Shown here piece by piece: positions 9,324 to 18,379 of a stretch of DNA of 64,000 bases; position 1 is the first letter of the stretch; each line of letters starts with the position of its first letter. Under the pieces are notes generated by a model that saw only the letters and a program-made list of their open reading frames with translations, was not told the DNA's origin and did no database searches. The position numbers and the translations under genes are program-made. This DNA comes from Patescibacteria group bacterium (GTDB taxonomy: Archaea > Nanobdellota > Nanobdellia > Pacearchaeales > GW2011-AR1): positions 47,119-111,118 of the forward strand of contig JAHYJW010000001.1 of NCBI GenBank assembly GCA_019428815.1, given 5' to 3'.

Positions 9324-11057
9324 ATCTACAATAGTAGAAATTAAAGCATGCTTCTAGACCTAACAAATGCGCAAAGAGGAAGTAAAATATCTACAATAGT
9401 AGAAATTAAAGCATGCTTCTAGACTTCTCTGTTATCTAATTCTTGTTGTATATCTACAATAGTAGAAATTAAAGCATGCTTCTAGACATTTATACCTTAC
9501 AATTAAAAACCTTGAAAATCTACAATAGTAGAAATTAAAGCATGCTTCTAGACTTAAAATCTGAATACCTTGATAAAGAAGGACAAACAATCTACAATAG
9601 TAGAAATTAAAGCATGCTTCTAGACGACTATAAGAAAATTAAATCATAGGAGGCATCTACAATAGTAGAAATTAAAGCATGCTTCTAGACACGATAATGT
9701 CATCATTACCTGTTAAGGAATCTACAATAGTAGAAATTAAAGCATGCTTCTAGACACACCAACACCACCAAACACCACCACTTATCTACAATAGTAGAAA
9801 TTAAAGCATGCTTCTAGACTACAACCTTAAATAATATTTTTAAATTTTATTTATCTACAATAGTAGAAATTAAAGCATGCTTCTAGACACCTTAATGGAC
9901 GATGCCATCGAATGCGTATCTACAATAGTAGAAATTAAAGCATGCTTCTAGACAGGAATACTAATCCAGCTCCAACGATTAATCTACAATAGTAGAAATT
10001 AAAGCATGCTTCTAGACACTGGGGGGGTTTCCATTACATAAACCTATCTACAATAGTAGAAATTAAAGCATGCTTCTAGACCGAAAAAAGAGGTTTTCTT
10101 TTGAGTGGTGAATCTACAATAGTAGAAATTAAAGCATGCTTCTAGACAGTTATTCTCTTATTCGCTGGGGTGATGTATCTACAATAGTAGAAATTAAAGC
10201 ATGCTTCTAGACACTGCTCGAGGTGTTAGGTGTAAGTGGATCTACAATAGTAGAAATTAAAGCATGCTTCTAGACGCCCCTGAAAATACTCTCCAAACTG
10301 ATGTATCTACAATAGTAGAAATTAAAGCATGCTTCTAGACTTGGGCCAATCTTGCTTGCTCATATTCTGTATCTACAATAGTAGAAATTAAAGCATGCTT
10401 CTAGACTAACCCCTGAAATGATTGAATATCAGAAAGGATCTACAATAGTAGAAATTAAAGCATGCTTCTAGACATAATCCGTCTTCACAGGAATTATTAA
10501 ATCTACAATAGTAGAAATTAAAGCATGCTTCTAGACACCACAGATTCAACAGCTTACGGATTGCTATCTACAATAGTAGAAATTAAAGCATGCTTCTAGA
10601 CTTATAAACTTATAATATTATAATATTATAATATCTACAATAGTAGAAATTAAAGCATGCTTCTAGACAAGTTTATTGGGTGTCCAGTCCTAACTCTATC
10701 TACAATAGTAGAAATTAAAGCATGCTTCTAGACTCCAGATTTGAAGCCTGGGCTTTCAACTTATCTACAATAGTAGAAATTAAAGCATGCTTCTAGACAA
10801 GTTGGCTTTTCCATTATATCCCAATTGGATCTACAATAGTAGAAATTAAAGCATGCTTCTAGACACCTTAATGGACGATGCAATCGAATGTGTATCTACA
10901 ATAGTAGAAATTAAAGCATGCTTCTAGACATTTTTCCATACGCTTTTATATATCCCGATCTACAATAGTAGAAATTAAAGCATGCTTCTAGACTTTTTCC
11001 CGTATGCCTTTATATACCCTGATCTACAATAGTAGAAATTAAAGCATGCTTCTAGAC
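9324..11057 (-). CRISPR. Type V-A CRISPR array: 27 identical 36-bp repeats, 26 spacers of 27-36 bp
   Basis: Minus-strand repeat GTCTAGAAGCATGCTTTAATTTCTACTATTGTAGAT ends in the canonical Cas12a handle AATTTCTAC-TATT-GTAGAT; repeats counted by hand from 9324-9359 to 11022-11057. Confidence 0.99.
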
Positions 11058-11266
11058 AGTTGCGATTTGGAGTAGACTTTTTGTTTTGCTTTATCTCCTC
11101 TAACTTAAGTCATTTTAGACTTTTACCTCTAAAACTCATTTCCAGTATATATAATTATTCTTGTATTCTTAAATATTCCTAAATTGGCATTTAGAGACGC
11201 TAAGAACCAAAAATTCTTAGATATTGGCCATACTTACATAAAATATTAAGACTTGGGTTTGCAGAT
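11058..11266 (-). promoter_or_regulatory. CRISPR leader
   Basis: AT-rich non-coding segment between the cas2 stop and the first repeat; TATA-like TTATATATA at about 11145-11153 on the minus strand; small inverted repeat CTAAGAA/TTCTTAG at 11200-11220. Confidence 0.75.
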
Positions 11267-11539
11267 TTAATACATAAGAAGGTCAGTTTCTTCATTTTTA
11301 GCGTAACCAAACCTTAAAATTTGATTCTCTGCTGTTATTTTAAATATTAAAACACTGTCCCCCTGATTAAATCGTTTCTCAAACCGATTCTTAATCTCTT
11401 CCTGCACCAAATCTAGGATCCTTTTGCTGTTCTTTATTTCATACACCGAGTATTGAAGTCTTCTCCCATAATTTAAAATAAACTTGGAAAACTCAGTTCT
11501 TAGATGGTCTTCTTGGATATCATACGTTAAAATTATCAT
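11267..11539 (-). CDS. cas2: CRISPR-associated Cas2
   Basis: ILTYDI and GRRLQYSVYE motifs; overlaps the cas1 stop. Confidence 0.97.
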   Translation of the reverse strand: MIILTYDIQEDHLRTEFSKFILNYGRRLQYSVYEIKNSKRILDLVQEEIKNRFEKRFNQGDSVLIFKITAENQILRFGYAKNEETDLLMY

Positions 11540-12510
11540 CTATTTACCTCTAGGTCAAAGACAGGAAAACTGTCAGTTTCTTTTCCCTTTATGAACGATC
11601 TGTAATAAGATTGAATATATAAAAATATTTTTTCTTTATATAACAGGATCTCTTTTAAAAACAATTTAGAGTATTTTTTATTAAACTCTCTCTTTACATA
11701 AAATTGTCCATTTTTAAAATAAAAATCATCTTTATTTATCTGTTTAAGGTTAAAACTTTTCTTTATGCGGCGGTCAATAATGCACCTAAAAGGTTCCACT
11801 AAATCACAGACTAATGATTTTCTTTGAAAGAACAGCTTATGGTAAAAGCCACAATAGGTGTCAAAGCCGTAAAGTTCCAAATTTGCCTCTATGAAATTAA
11901 ACAAGTAATAATATCCAATATCTAAGAGCAAATTAAAGCTATCGCTCTTACATCTTGGCTTTCGGCCACCAAAATCTAAATTCTTAAAATAGGTTTTAAA
12001 AAATAATTTTGAGGCTGTTCCTTCCATCCCTAACAAATCCTGGCTGCTTTGAGCATTGTCGATTTGTTTAAAAATCTCTTTTGTTTTTGATATATTGTTC
12101 TTTTCCTTAGTGGTTTTGTATCGTAATGAGTCCATTAAACTGATCTGATTTTTAACTTTATTATGGACTATGTGCTTAGCAATTTTTAGATCATTGCTAT
12201 TAGTGTATTGTTTTTTCCTCAAAAAAAAATTTCCTTTATTATCTGGGAGGATGGAAAAATAAGGTTTAAGATTATAATTAAGAAACACTATAGGAACTGC
12301 ATATTTTTTTGCATTCTTTATCAGAACGGAAGTAATTGAGAATTCTCCTAAAATAAAAACCATAAAAATTTTTGTGAACGGATGCTGGAGAATGATCTTG
12401 TTATTTTCATCAACAAGAATAAGGTTTGAATTTTTAAGCCTCAGTTTTTTAGAGTTATTACTTTCAATGAAAAGCATTTGCTTGGCTATAAAATCAGGTC
12501 TACTTAACAT
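11536..12510 (-). CDS. cas1: Type V CRISPR-associated integrase Cas1
   Basis: LLGMEG, FNLLLDIGY, GFYHK, SLVCDLVEPFR (catalytic E/H/D present). Confidence 0.96.
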   Translation of the reverse strand: MLSRPDFIAKQMLFIESNNSKKLRLKNSNLILVDENNKIILQHPFTKIFMVFILGEFSITSVLIKNAKKYAVPIVFLNYNLKPYFSILPDNKGNFFLRKKQYTNSNDLKIAKHIVHNKVKNQISLMDSLRYKTTKEKNNISKTKEIFKQIDNAQSSQDLLGMEGTASKLFFKTYFKNLDFGGRKPRCKSDSFNLLLDIGYYYLFNFIEANLELYGFDTYCGFYHKLFFQRKSLVCDLVEPFRCIIDRRIKKSFNLKQINKDDFYFKNGQFYVKREFNKKYSKLFLKEILLYKEKIFLYIQSYYRSFIKGKETDSFPVFDLEVNR

Positions 12511-12513
12511 GTT

Positions 12514-13077
12514 TTAATCTCCTTTATCTTTATAATAATCGCACAATTCTTTATAGATACACATCTCGCATTTGTGGGGATTTTGAGTGAAGTTTTTGTC
12601 TTCTAATGAAAATAGTTTAATTTTTGTTATAATTTCTTTCAATTTATGTTTTTCATTGTTTCCAGGCAATCCAACATCATGGATTTTGTTGTCTGAAAGC
12701 GAATGAAAACGTATTTTTTTGACAACATAACCCATCTCTACCAAACAAAAATATTGCGCATAAATTTGTAGGTAATACCCCTCATAAAGCTTTTTTATAT
12801 TATTTTTTCTTTCTGTAAGAATTCCCCTTTCAACATCAAAAAGATCAATTTTTCCGCACACACTTAACTCTTCACTGTATATGTCAATTCCTTCAAGAAT
12901 CGCCTTTTTTGTTGAATATTTTTGTCTATCTACGGTTTTGTGTGCGTGTTTTCCCTTTGTCTGATAAATGGTATGGTAAAGCGTCTCATCAAAAGATGAA
13001 TATAAATTATGAAAGTATATGCTTCTTGGGCAGAAGATAAAGTCATTAAGGTTTGAGATAATTATATTTTGTTCCAT
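12514..13077 (-). CDS. cas4: Type V CRISPR-associated Cas4
   Basis: FCPRS, GKID, TERK, QIYAQ and C-terminal CxxCxYxxxC (Fe-S ligands). Confidence 0.96.
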   Translation of the reverse strand: MEQNIIISNLNDFIFCPRSIYFHNLYSSFDETLYHTIYQTKGKHAHKTVDRQKYSTKKAILEGIDIYSEELSVCGKIDLFDVERGILTERKNNIKKLYEGYYLQIYAQYFCLVEMGYVVKKIRFHSLSDNKIHDVGLPGNNEKHKLKEIITKIKLFSLEDKNFTQNPHKCEMCIYKELCDYYKDKGD

Positions 13078-16000
13078 TGTCCTATACCCCCTTGTACAAA
13101 TTTAAGCCATTCTTTATTGCTGATGGACAGTTTAAGACTTTTCCAATTTTCTTTGTGGGAACTGATTTGTTTAAGTACCCATAAACCTTTTTTAGCAATA
13201 TGGTATGCCCCATTGGCATCGGCGTCTTGAGGTAGCTCTTTACCGGCGTTTCTGCTATCGTAAAATTCTCCTTTTTTGTTCATCACAGGCGAAATGAGAT
13301 AATCAACCTCACTTTGTATCTTGCTATTTCGCATTTGTACAGTATACTTGAAAAGATCAAGAAGCCTTTCAAAGAAGATCTTCTCTGTTTGTGAAACGAT
13401 CTGTTTTTTCAAATCAGTTTTATAATCCACCTTGTACGATTGAAATAGATTCTTAAACTCTTCAGAAAGAACTATCTCTTTGTTGTCCCACTGATTGTTT
13501 TTTTCTGGATTTCTGAATGTTTTGATACGTTCACCATATGTGCAGAGGGTCCAATCCTGTCTTGTACCACTTGCTTTGGAGTTGAACGTAGAATATTCTT
13601 TAACTTCGAATTCAAAATAGTTTTTAGTAGTGTTGTAACGGATGTCTTCAAAATTATCAAAAAAAGACCTTGCTTTTTCGAGATTTTCATATTTGATTTT
13701 GAATAGATTGACAAATCCAGTGGTGGGATCTATCTTGCTAGTATACCATGAGGGAACATAGAACAAAAAGCCGCTTTGCTTTCCTAGTTTTTGGAAGCTT
13801 ACGAATTTGTTGGTTAGTTGTAAAGCGTTATATAATCCACCTATTTCATTTTCGGCTTTGTCTTTGAATACTAAATAATTGAGCTTGTCTATCAATTTTT
13901 TCTCTAGTTTTTGATAGATTTGCTTTTCAACCTTGAAACGACCTCTTTTGAAGCCAAAATTCAGATCTTCCATGACGACAATAGCATTGTGTTTTACCAT
14001 CATCTGATTAATTTTATGTATTACCTGTGAGATATACCCCTCTTTTAGTTCTTTGATTGCTTCTATTGTTTCCCAGTTTTCCCTTGCTTTGGCTCTTTCA
14101 TCTTCTCTTTTGTCAAGTAAATCCCTGTATTTGGTCCGGTAAGTATTTCCTTTATGCTCATTGATGATATCGTTAAAAGAATACTGTTCTTCGATATTGC
14201 CTTTTTGGTCAATCAGCGTTAAATAGATCAAATTTCTCTCCCCTCTGTCTAAACCAATAATCTTGACTTTAGGGTTATTCTTGAGGTATTCGAGAACAGA
14301 AGCATTGATAGATCCGTTACCCTTTGCCTTAAAGTTAAGTGTTATTGGAACGTGGAACTGGAATTTGTCCACAGTATAACGTTTGTTTTTTATAATATTA
14401 TATTCAAAAATACTTTCCTTCTTAGTGGCACTTGGATTTTTATTTTTAATAGACTCTTTTGCTTTGTGAACAACTTTATTCTCATTGGAGATGGAGCTTC
14501 TCCGATAGAACATCTCAGCTTGACCATTAAGTTTATACACCTTATTTTTCAGATTCTCCGGTTTAAATAAAGCTTTCCAGTACATTGTATGCAAGTTGGG
14601 ATTGCCTTTACTGTATTTAGAAAAGTCTTTATTCCAAATTTTAAACAGAAATAACTTCCCTTCGTCTACGAGTCGATTGATGTAGCTTTCGGGAACATTT
14701 TGAAAAGTGATTTTATACCCCTGATGTTCTACTTCTCTATAAAATTCACTCAAGTCTTCGTATGAGGAAGTATCTGAAAATTGAAATCCAAAATGTCTCC
14801 AATCTTCATGCTTTGCGATAGATTTTTTGAAAAAATCAATCAAATTGTGGCAATCCTCAACGTTAAATTTGTCACCTTTTTTATGAGTTTCTGCTTTATA
14901 TTTCTTTTTTAATTCTTCAGGCGGTGCAAATTCTTTGATTCTGCTATTTGAGAAAAATACTTTTGGCAACATCTTATTTGCACCAGGTAGTAGTTTGTAT
15001 ACCATTTTTTCATAAACCAATTCACCTGGGCTTGCATCAGGGATATTTTTGAAAATCTTGTTGTGTTTTTTGTCCATTACTCCAAGATAATACAACCCCT
15101 TTTTGTGAAATAATACTGAAGTATTATCAACCTCTTTATTCAAATCCCAGCCAGCCAACAGTGTACTATTCTCAAAATTTAGTTTGAACTTCTCTGTACA
15201 ATACGGCTTTTGTGTAGCATAATTTCGTACCTTATTGTATAGGGGAATTAAAAGCCGCAATTGGTCATACCATATCTGAAACTGACCATAGAACATCTCA
15301 TCCTTCTCTAAGGGGCTATCGTTTGGTAATGATAGGGGTTTCACAAAATGCAGTAGTTCCATCATGCTATCTAAAAAAGTCTTGATATTATCAATGACTT
15401 TTTTATCCTGATTCAGTTTTTTATCCTTTGGATACTCTATGTTTAAGATGTCTTTGATAGAGAGGTACTTTGTTTCAATATTGGTAATCAAATCAAATCC
15501 TTTGTTGCCGTCTTTTTTCTTTTCAACCTTAAAATGAGTATGAAAATAATTGGTAACAGGTTTCGTGTCTTCTTGTAAATCCTTTAGTATTTCAACTTCA
15601 CTTTTGTATTTGAGTAAGGCACTTTCAATTTCAGCAATAGAAAAATGAGACTGTTTCAGTTGCTTTTCTTTAGCAATCTTTTGTTTTATGGATAACCCTC
15701 TTTTGCCAATTTTAGGCGTTTTCAAAAAGGTAAATTCCAATGCAGATTTTATGATATTCCAATCACCAAAAATGTTTTTTGAAATGTCACTAAGTGTCCG
15801 GTCATTACTGATATAAACTTTTTCAAGATTATAGTCTTTGAGGCTTGCAAGTAGCTCTTTGATTTTTTTCAGCACATTCTCAGTCTCGTCCTTATCGTTG
15901 GGATGAAAGTCAACCAGGTTATTCTGGTAATATTCACCTATTGCGTTTAGGACTTTCTGACTAGCTGTTTTCTCCGGATCATCTTTAAACGATTCTGGTA

Positions 16001-16922
16001 AGAATGAAATGCTCTCCCTATCACTCAGGATTTGCTTATAGAGTTTTTTGAGTTTTGGTATTCTATCTTTCTTGTCCTTTTTTTGGTTGTACAAATTGAT
16101 ATATTCATTCAATCCCTGAATTTTCTTTTGATCTTCTTCAATAGTTCTCCCACTAATAATTAAATTGTAAACAACTATCTGTTTTTGAGTGAGCACCCTA
16201 TTGTAATAATCCAACTTAAAGGCTTCATCAATGTTTTTAATGTTAAGATATTCCCCTATTTCTTTGTATAGAACAACACACTTCCCATATAACTCCGGTA
16301 TTGATTTAATCTTTTCAAAAATTTTGATGTTATCCATGAACTTTGGTAAATTTTCGTGTATCAATCGATAGGAAATCGCGGTGGCCTGTTTTTTTTCGGT
16401 GTACATATTTTTTCGGTTCTCGTGGAAGCCTCTGAAATATGTTGTGAATGTTTTGAATTTATCATCGAAGTAAATGTCTTTCTTATTATGCCTGCTTATC
16501 CAATCTGGTAGGAGCTCAGTTATTAATTCCTTTTTGTCAATTTTTGAGAAACTTTCCTCTGCTTTACCAGTCTTAAAACCTTCGGCGATCTCTTTTCTAA
16601 GGTAAGCTTGTACCTTCTCAAATTCTTTCTTGAAAACATCTTCCTTTTTACGTTCTGGAGATACATTGTATAGTTCTGCAAATGCTTTTAATTTTGTTAA
16701 TTTTACTTGTGACATAGTTTCTTCTATGAAGTCCCTATGTAAACTATCAATGGTTTTTTTCATCTTCTTATAGCTTTCCGCTTTTTTTTCATCTTGGCTT
16801 ATTAATCCCTTTTTTTCGATATTTTCAAGAGTCTTCCCAACTGGCTTCAATTCAAATCTTAAGGTTTTTGATAAGCTGTATTTATTTGTAAATTCGCTTT
16901 GTATTGACTCTGTTTTTGTCAT
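13062..16922 (-). CDS. cas12a: Type V-A effector Cas12a (Cpf1), 1286 aa
   Basis: YSLSKTLRFEL N-terminus; PI region LPGANKMLPKVFF; RuvC I GLDRGERNL, II VMEDLN, III DADANGAY; Nuc QMRNS. Confidence 0.99.
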   Translation of the reverse strand: MTKTESIQSEFTNKYSLSKTLRFELKPVGKTLENIEKKGLISQDEKKAESYKKMKKTIDSLHRDFIEETMSQVKLTKLKAFAELYNVSPERKKEDVFKKEFEKVQAYLRKEIAEGFKTGKAEESFSKIDKKELITELLPDWISRHNKKDIYFDDKFKTFTTYFRGFHENRKNMYTEKKQATAISYRLIHENLPKFMDNIKIFEKIKSIPELYGKCVVLYKEIGEYLNIKNIDEAFKLDYYNRVLTQKQIVVYNLIISGRTIEEDQKKIQGLNEYINLYNQKKDKKDRIPKLKKLYKQILSDRESISFLPESFKDDPEKTASQKVLNAIGEYYQNNLVDFHPNDKDETENVLKKIKELLASLKDYNLEKVYISNDRTLSDISKNIFGDWNIIKSALEFTFLKTPKIGKRGLSIKQKIAKEKQLKQSHFSIAEIESALLKYKSEVEILKDLQEDTKPVTNYFHTHFKVEKKKDGNKGFDLITNIETKYLSIKDILNIEYPKDKKLNQDKKVIDNIKTFLDSMMELLHFVKPLSLPNDSPLEKDEMFYGQFQIWYDQLRLLIPLYNKVRNYATQKPYCTEKFKLNFENSTLLAGWDLNKEVDNTSVLFHKKGLYYLGVMDKKHNKIFKNIPDASPGELVYEKMVYKLLPGANKMLPKVFFSNSRIKEFAPPEELKKKYKAETHKKGDKFNVEDCHNLIDFFKKSIAKHEDWRHFGFQFSDTSSYEDLSEFYREVEHQGYKITFQNVPESYINRLVDEGKLFLFKIWNKDFSKYSKGNPNLHTMYWKALFKPENLKNKVYKLNGQAEMFYRRSSISNENKVVHKAKESIKNKNPSATKKESIFEYNIIKNKRYTVDKFQFHVPITLNFKAKGNGSINASVLEYLKNNPKVKIIGLDRGERNLIYLTLIDQKGNIEEQYSFNDIINEHKGNTYRTKYRDLLDKREDERAKARENWETIEAIKELKEGYISQVIHKINQMMVKHNAIVVMEDLNFGFKRGRFKVEKQIYQKLEKKLIDKLNYLVFKDKAENEIGGLYNALQLTNKFVSFQKLGKQSGFLFYVPSWYTSKIDPTTGFVNLFKIKYENLEKARSFFDNFEDIRYNTTKNYFEFEVKEYSTFNSKASGTRQDWTLCTYGERIKTFRNPEKNNQWDNKEIVLSEEFKNLFQSYKVDYKTDLKKQIVSQTEKIFFERLLDLFKYTVQMRNSKIQSEVDYLISPVMNKKGEFYDSRNAGKELPQDADANGAYHIAKKGLWVLKQISSHKENWKSLKLSISNKEWLKFVQGGIGQWNKI

Positions 16923-17044
16923 TTTATCCTTATTTTTCTTATTTAATTTAATCTTCCTTTTCTTTTATGTCATTCTTAATGCTATTCATTTTAAAAAAGA
17001 GGGTTTTATTATCTTTAAATGTTCTGCCCCCACTTTTGTTAATA

Positions 17045-17115
17045 TGCACCAGCCGGGAATCGAACCCGGATGTCAAGCTTGGGAAGCTTGCATTTTACCA
17101 TTAAACCACTAGTGC
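17045..17115 (-). tRNA. tRNA-Gly(CCC)
   Basis: GCACTAG..CTGGTGC-A; anticodon arm CAAGC-TTCCCAA-GCTTG; T-loop GGTTCGATTCC. Confidence 0.95.
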
Positions 17116-17178
17116 TTTAAAGAGTTTTTTATAAACACCCTCGTTTAAAACTCTATTTCTTTTTATACATTATCTCAA

Positions 17179-18297
17179 TTGATAAATTTTTATATACTTC
17201 AAAAAGTTTTAGTTTTTATGATAAGAACAGATTTTAAGAGAGCTAATTTAAGGGAAATTCTTGAATTACAAGGAATTGATTGTCCTAGAAGATTAGACAA
17301 ATCTTTTTTTTCTTCTCTTATAGAAGAGGGAAAATTGCTTTTTGTTGGAGACTCTTATGAAAATGCGGTAAAATCAATTAATAATTTAAAAGAAGGTTCT
17401 GTTGCATTATTCCCCAATAAATTTAGATTTGATAAAGAAAAAGCAGATCGTGAGGTAAAATCCTTAGAAGGATTAGTTAAAATAGACTCTGCTCCTGTTT
17501 TAAGGAAAGTTTCTGGACAAGACTCTGTTCCTCATAAGCTCACTAAATCTTTCCTAGAAGAATACCAAATTCTTCCAGAGGCATTAATCCAAGAAGCAGT
17601 TAATCGAAGCAAGATTGAAAATCCTCCTAGGGGCATTTATTGGATTGGAAGAGATAATCACGTTAGGGCATTTACTTGGTTAAGGGCTATTTCTGGGATC
17701 GAAATGCAAATAATGAATCAACTTGGTAAGTTTTTTGGCGAAGTTAAAGATAAGAAACCTTATGGTAGAAATATTAGAGTTGGGGTTGGATCTAGAGAAA
17801 AACCAAATCTGGAATATGAATTTAGTTTATTTAGACTACCTATCTTTTCTTATGGTGATAAAAGAAAATTCTCAGAGTGGACTGAAATAAGCCATAATTC
17901 TAATGATCCAGATGCGAGTTATAGGGGCGGAGAACATGATAAGAGAGTTTTTCCTTTTTATTTTTGGTCTGCTCCTTCTATTTTTGCATATTATAATTCA
18001 ATGTCTTTTGTTAGTAATATGGGAGGTAATATCCCGGATGATCGTCGTTTAAAGTTTAGGGTTAATCCCTTTCCAATTCCAAAAGATAAGAGAGTAGTTG
18101 ATTTTATCGATAGATTAAGATTTCAAAGTTTGATTATAGACTCACCCCAAGAAGATGCCAAAAAATTAAAACTTTCTATATTGAGTAATACTGAGATAGA
18201 AGAGCTTATCGGAACAAAATTAATTTTAGAAGGTTATGATAACTTTTTTTATCATTTAGGGAAAAAGAATTTGGATTATCTCTATAATCTTAAATAA
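17179..18297 (+). CDS. Hypothetical protein (probable start ATG at 17218)
   Basis: Long ORF with host-like codon usage; no family recognised. Confidence 0.7.
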   Translation: MINFYILQKVLVFMIRTDFKRANLREILELQGIDCPRRLDKSFFSSLIEEGKLLFVGDSYENAVKSINNLKEGSVALFPNKFRFDKEKADREVKSLEGLVKIDSAPVLRKVSGQDSVPHKLTKSFLEEYQILPEALIQEAVNRSKIENPPRGIYWIGRDNHVRAFTWLRAISGIEMQIMNQLGKFFGEVKDKKPYGRNIRVGVGSREKPNLEYEFSLFRLPIFSYGDKRKFSEWTEISHNSNDPDASYRGGEHDKRVFPFYFWSAPSIFAYYNSMSFVSNMGGNIPDDRRLKFRVNPFPIPKDKRVVDFIDRLRFQSLIIDSPQEDAKKLKLSILSNTEIEELIGTKLILEGYDNFFYHLGKKNLDYLYNLK

Positions 18298-18379
18298 TGC
18301 ATTCAGATTAGGATGTCAAAATATTTAAAAACTCTTATCGCTTAATTTAATAGTAAATAACCATAAAAAAGAGGGAAGG

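Noticed and set aside
9360..11021. Self-targeting spacers
   Set aside because: No match to the rest of the window noticed by eye; a full-genome alignment is needed to exclude it
11058..11266. tracrRNA/anti-repeat near the cas genes
   Set aside because: Only short TAGAC-like matches; Cas12a is tracr-independent and its RNase residues are intact
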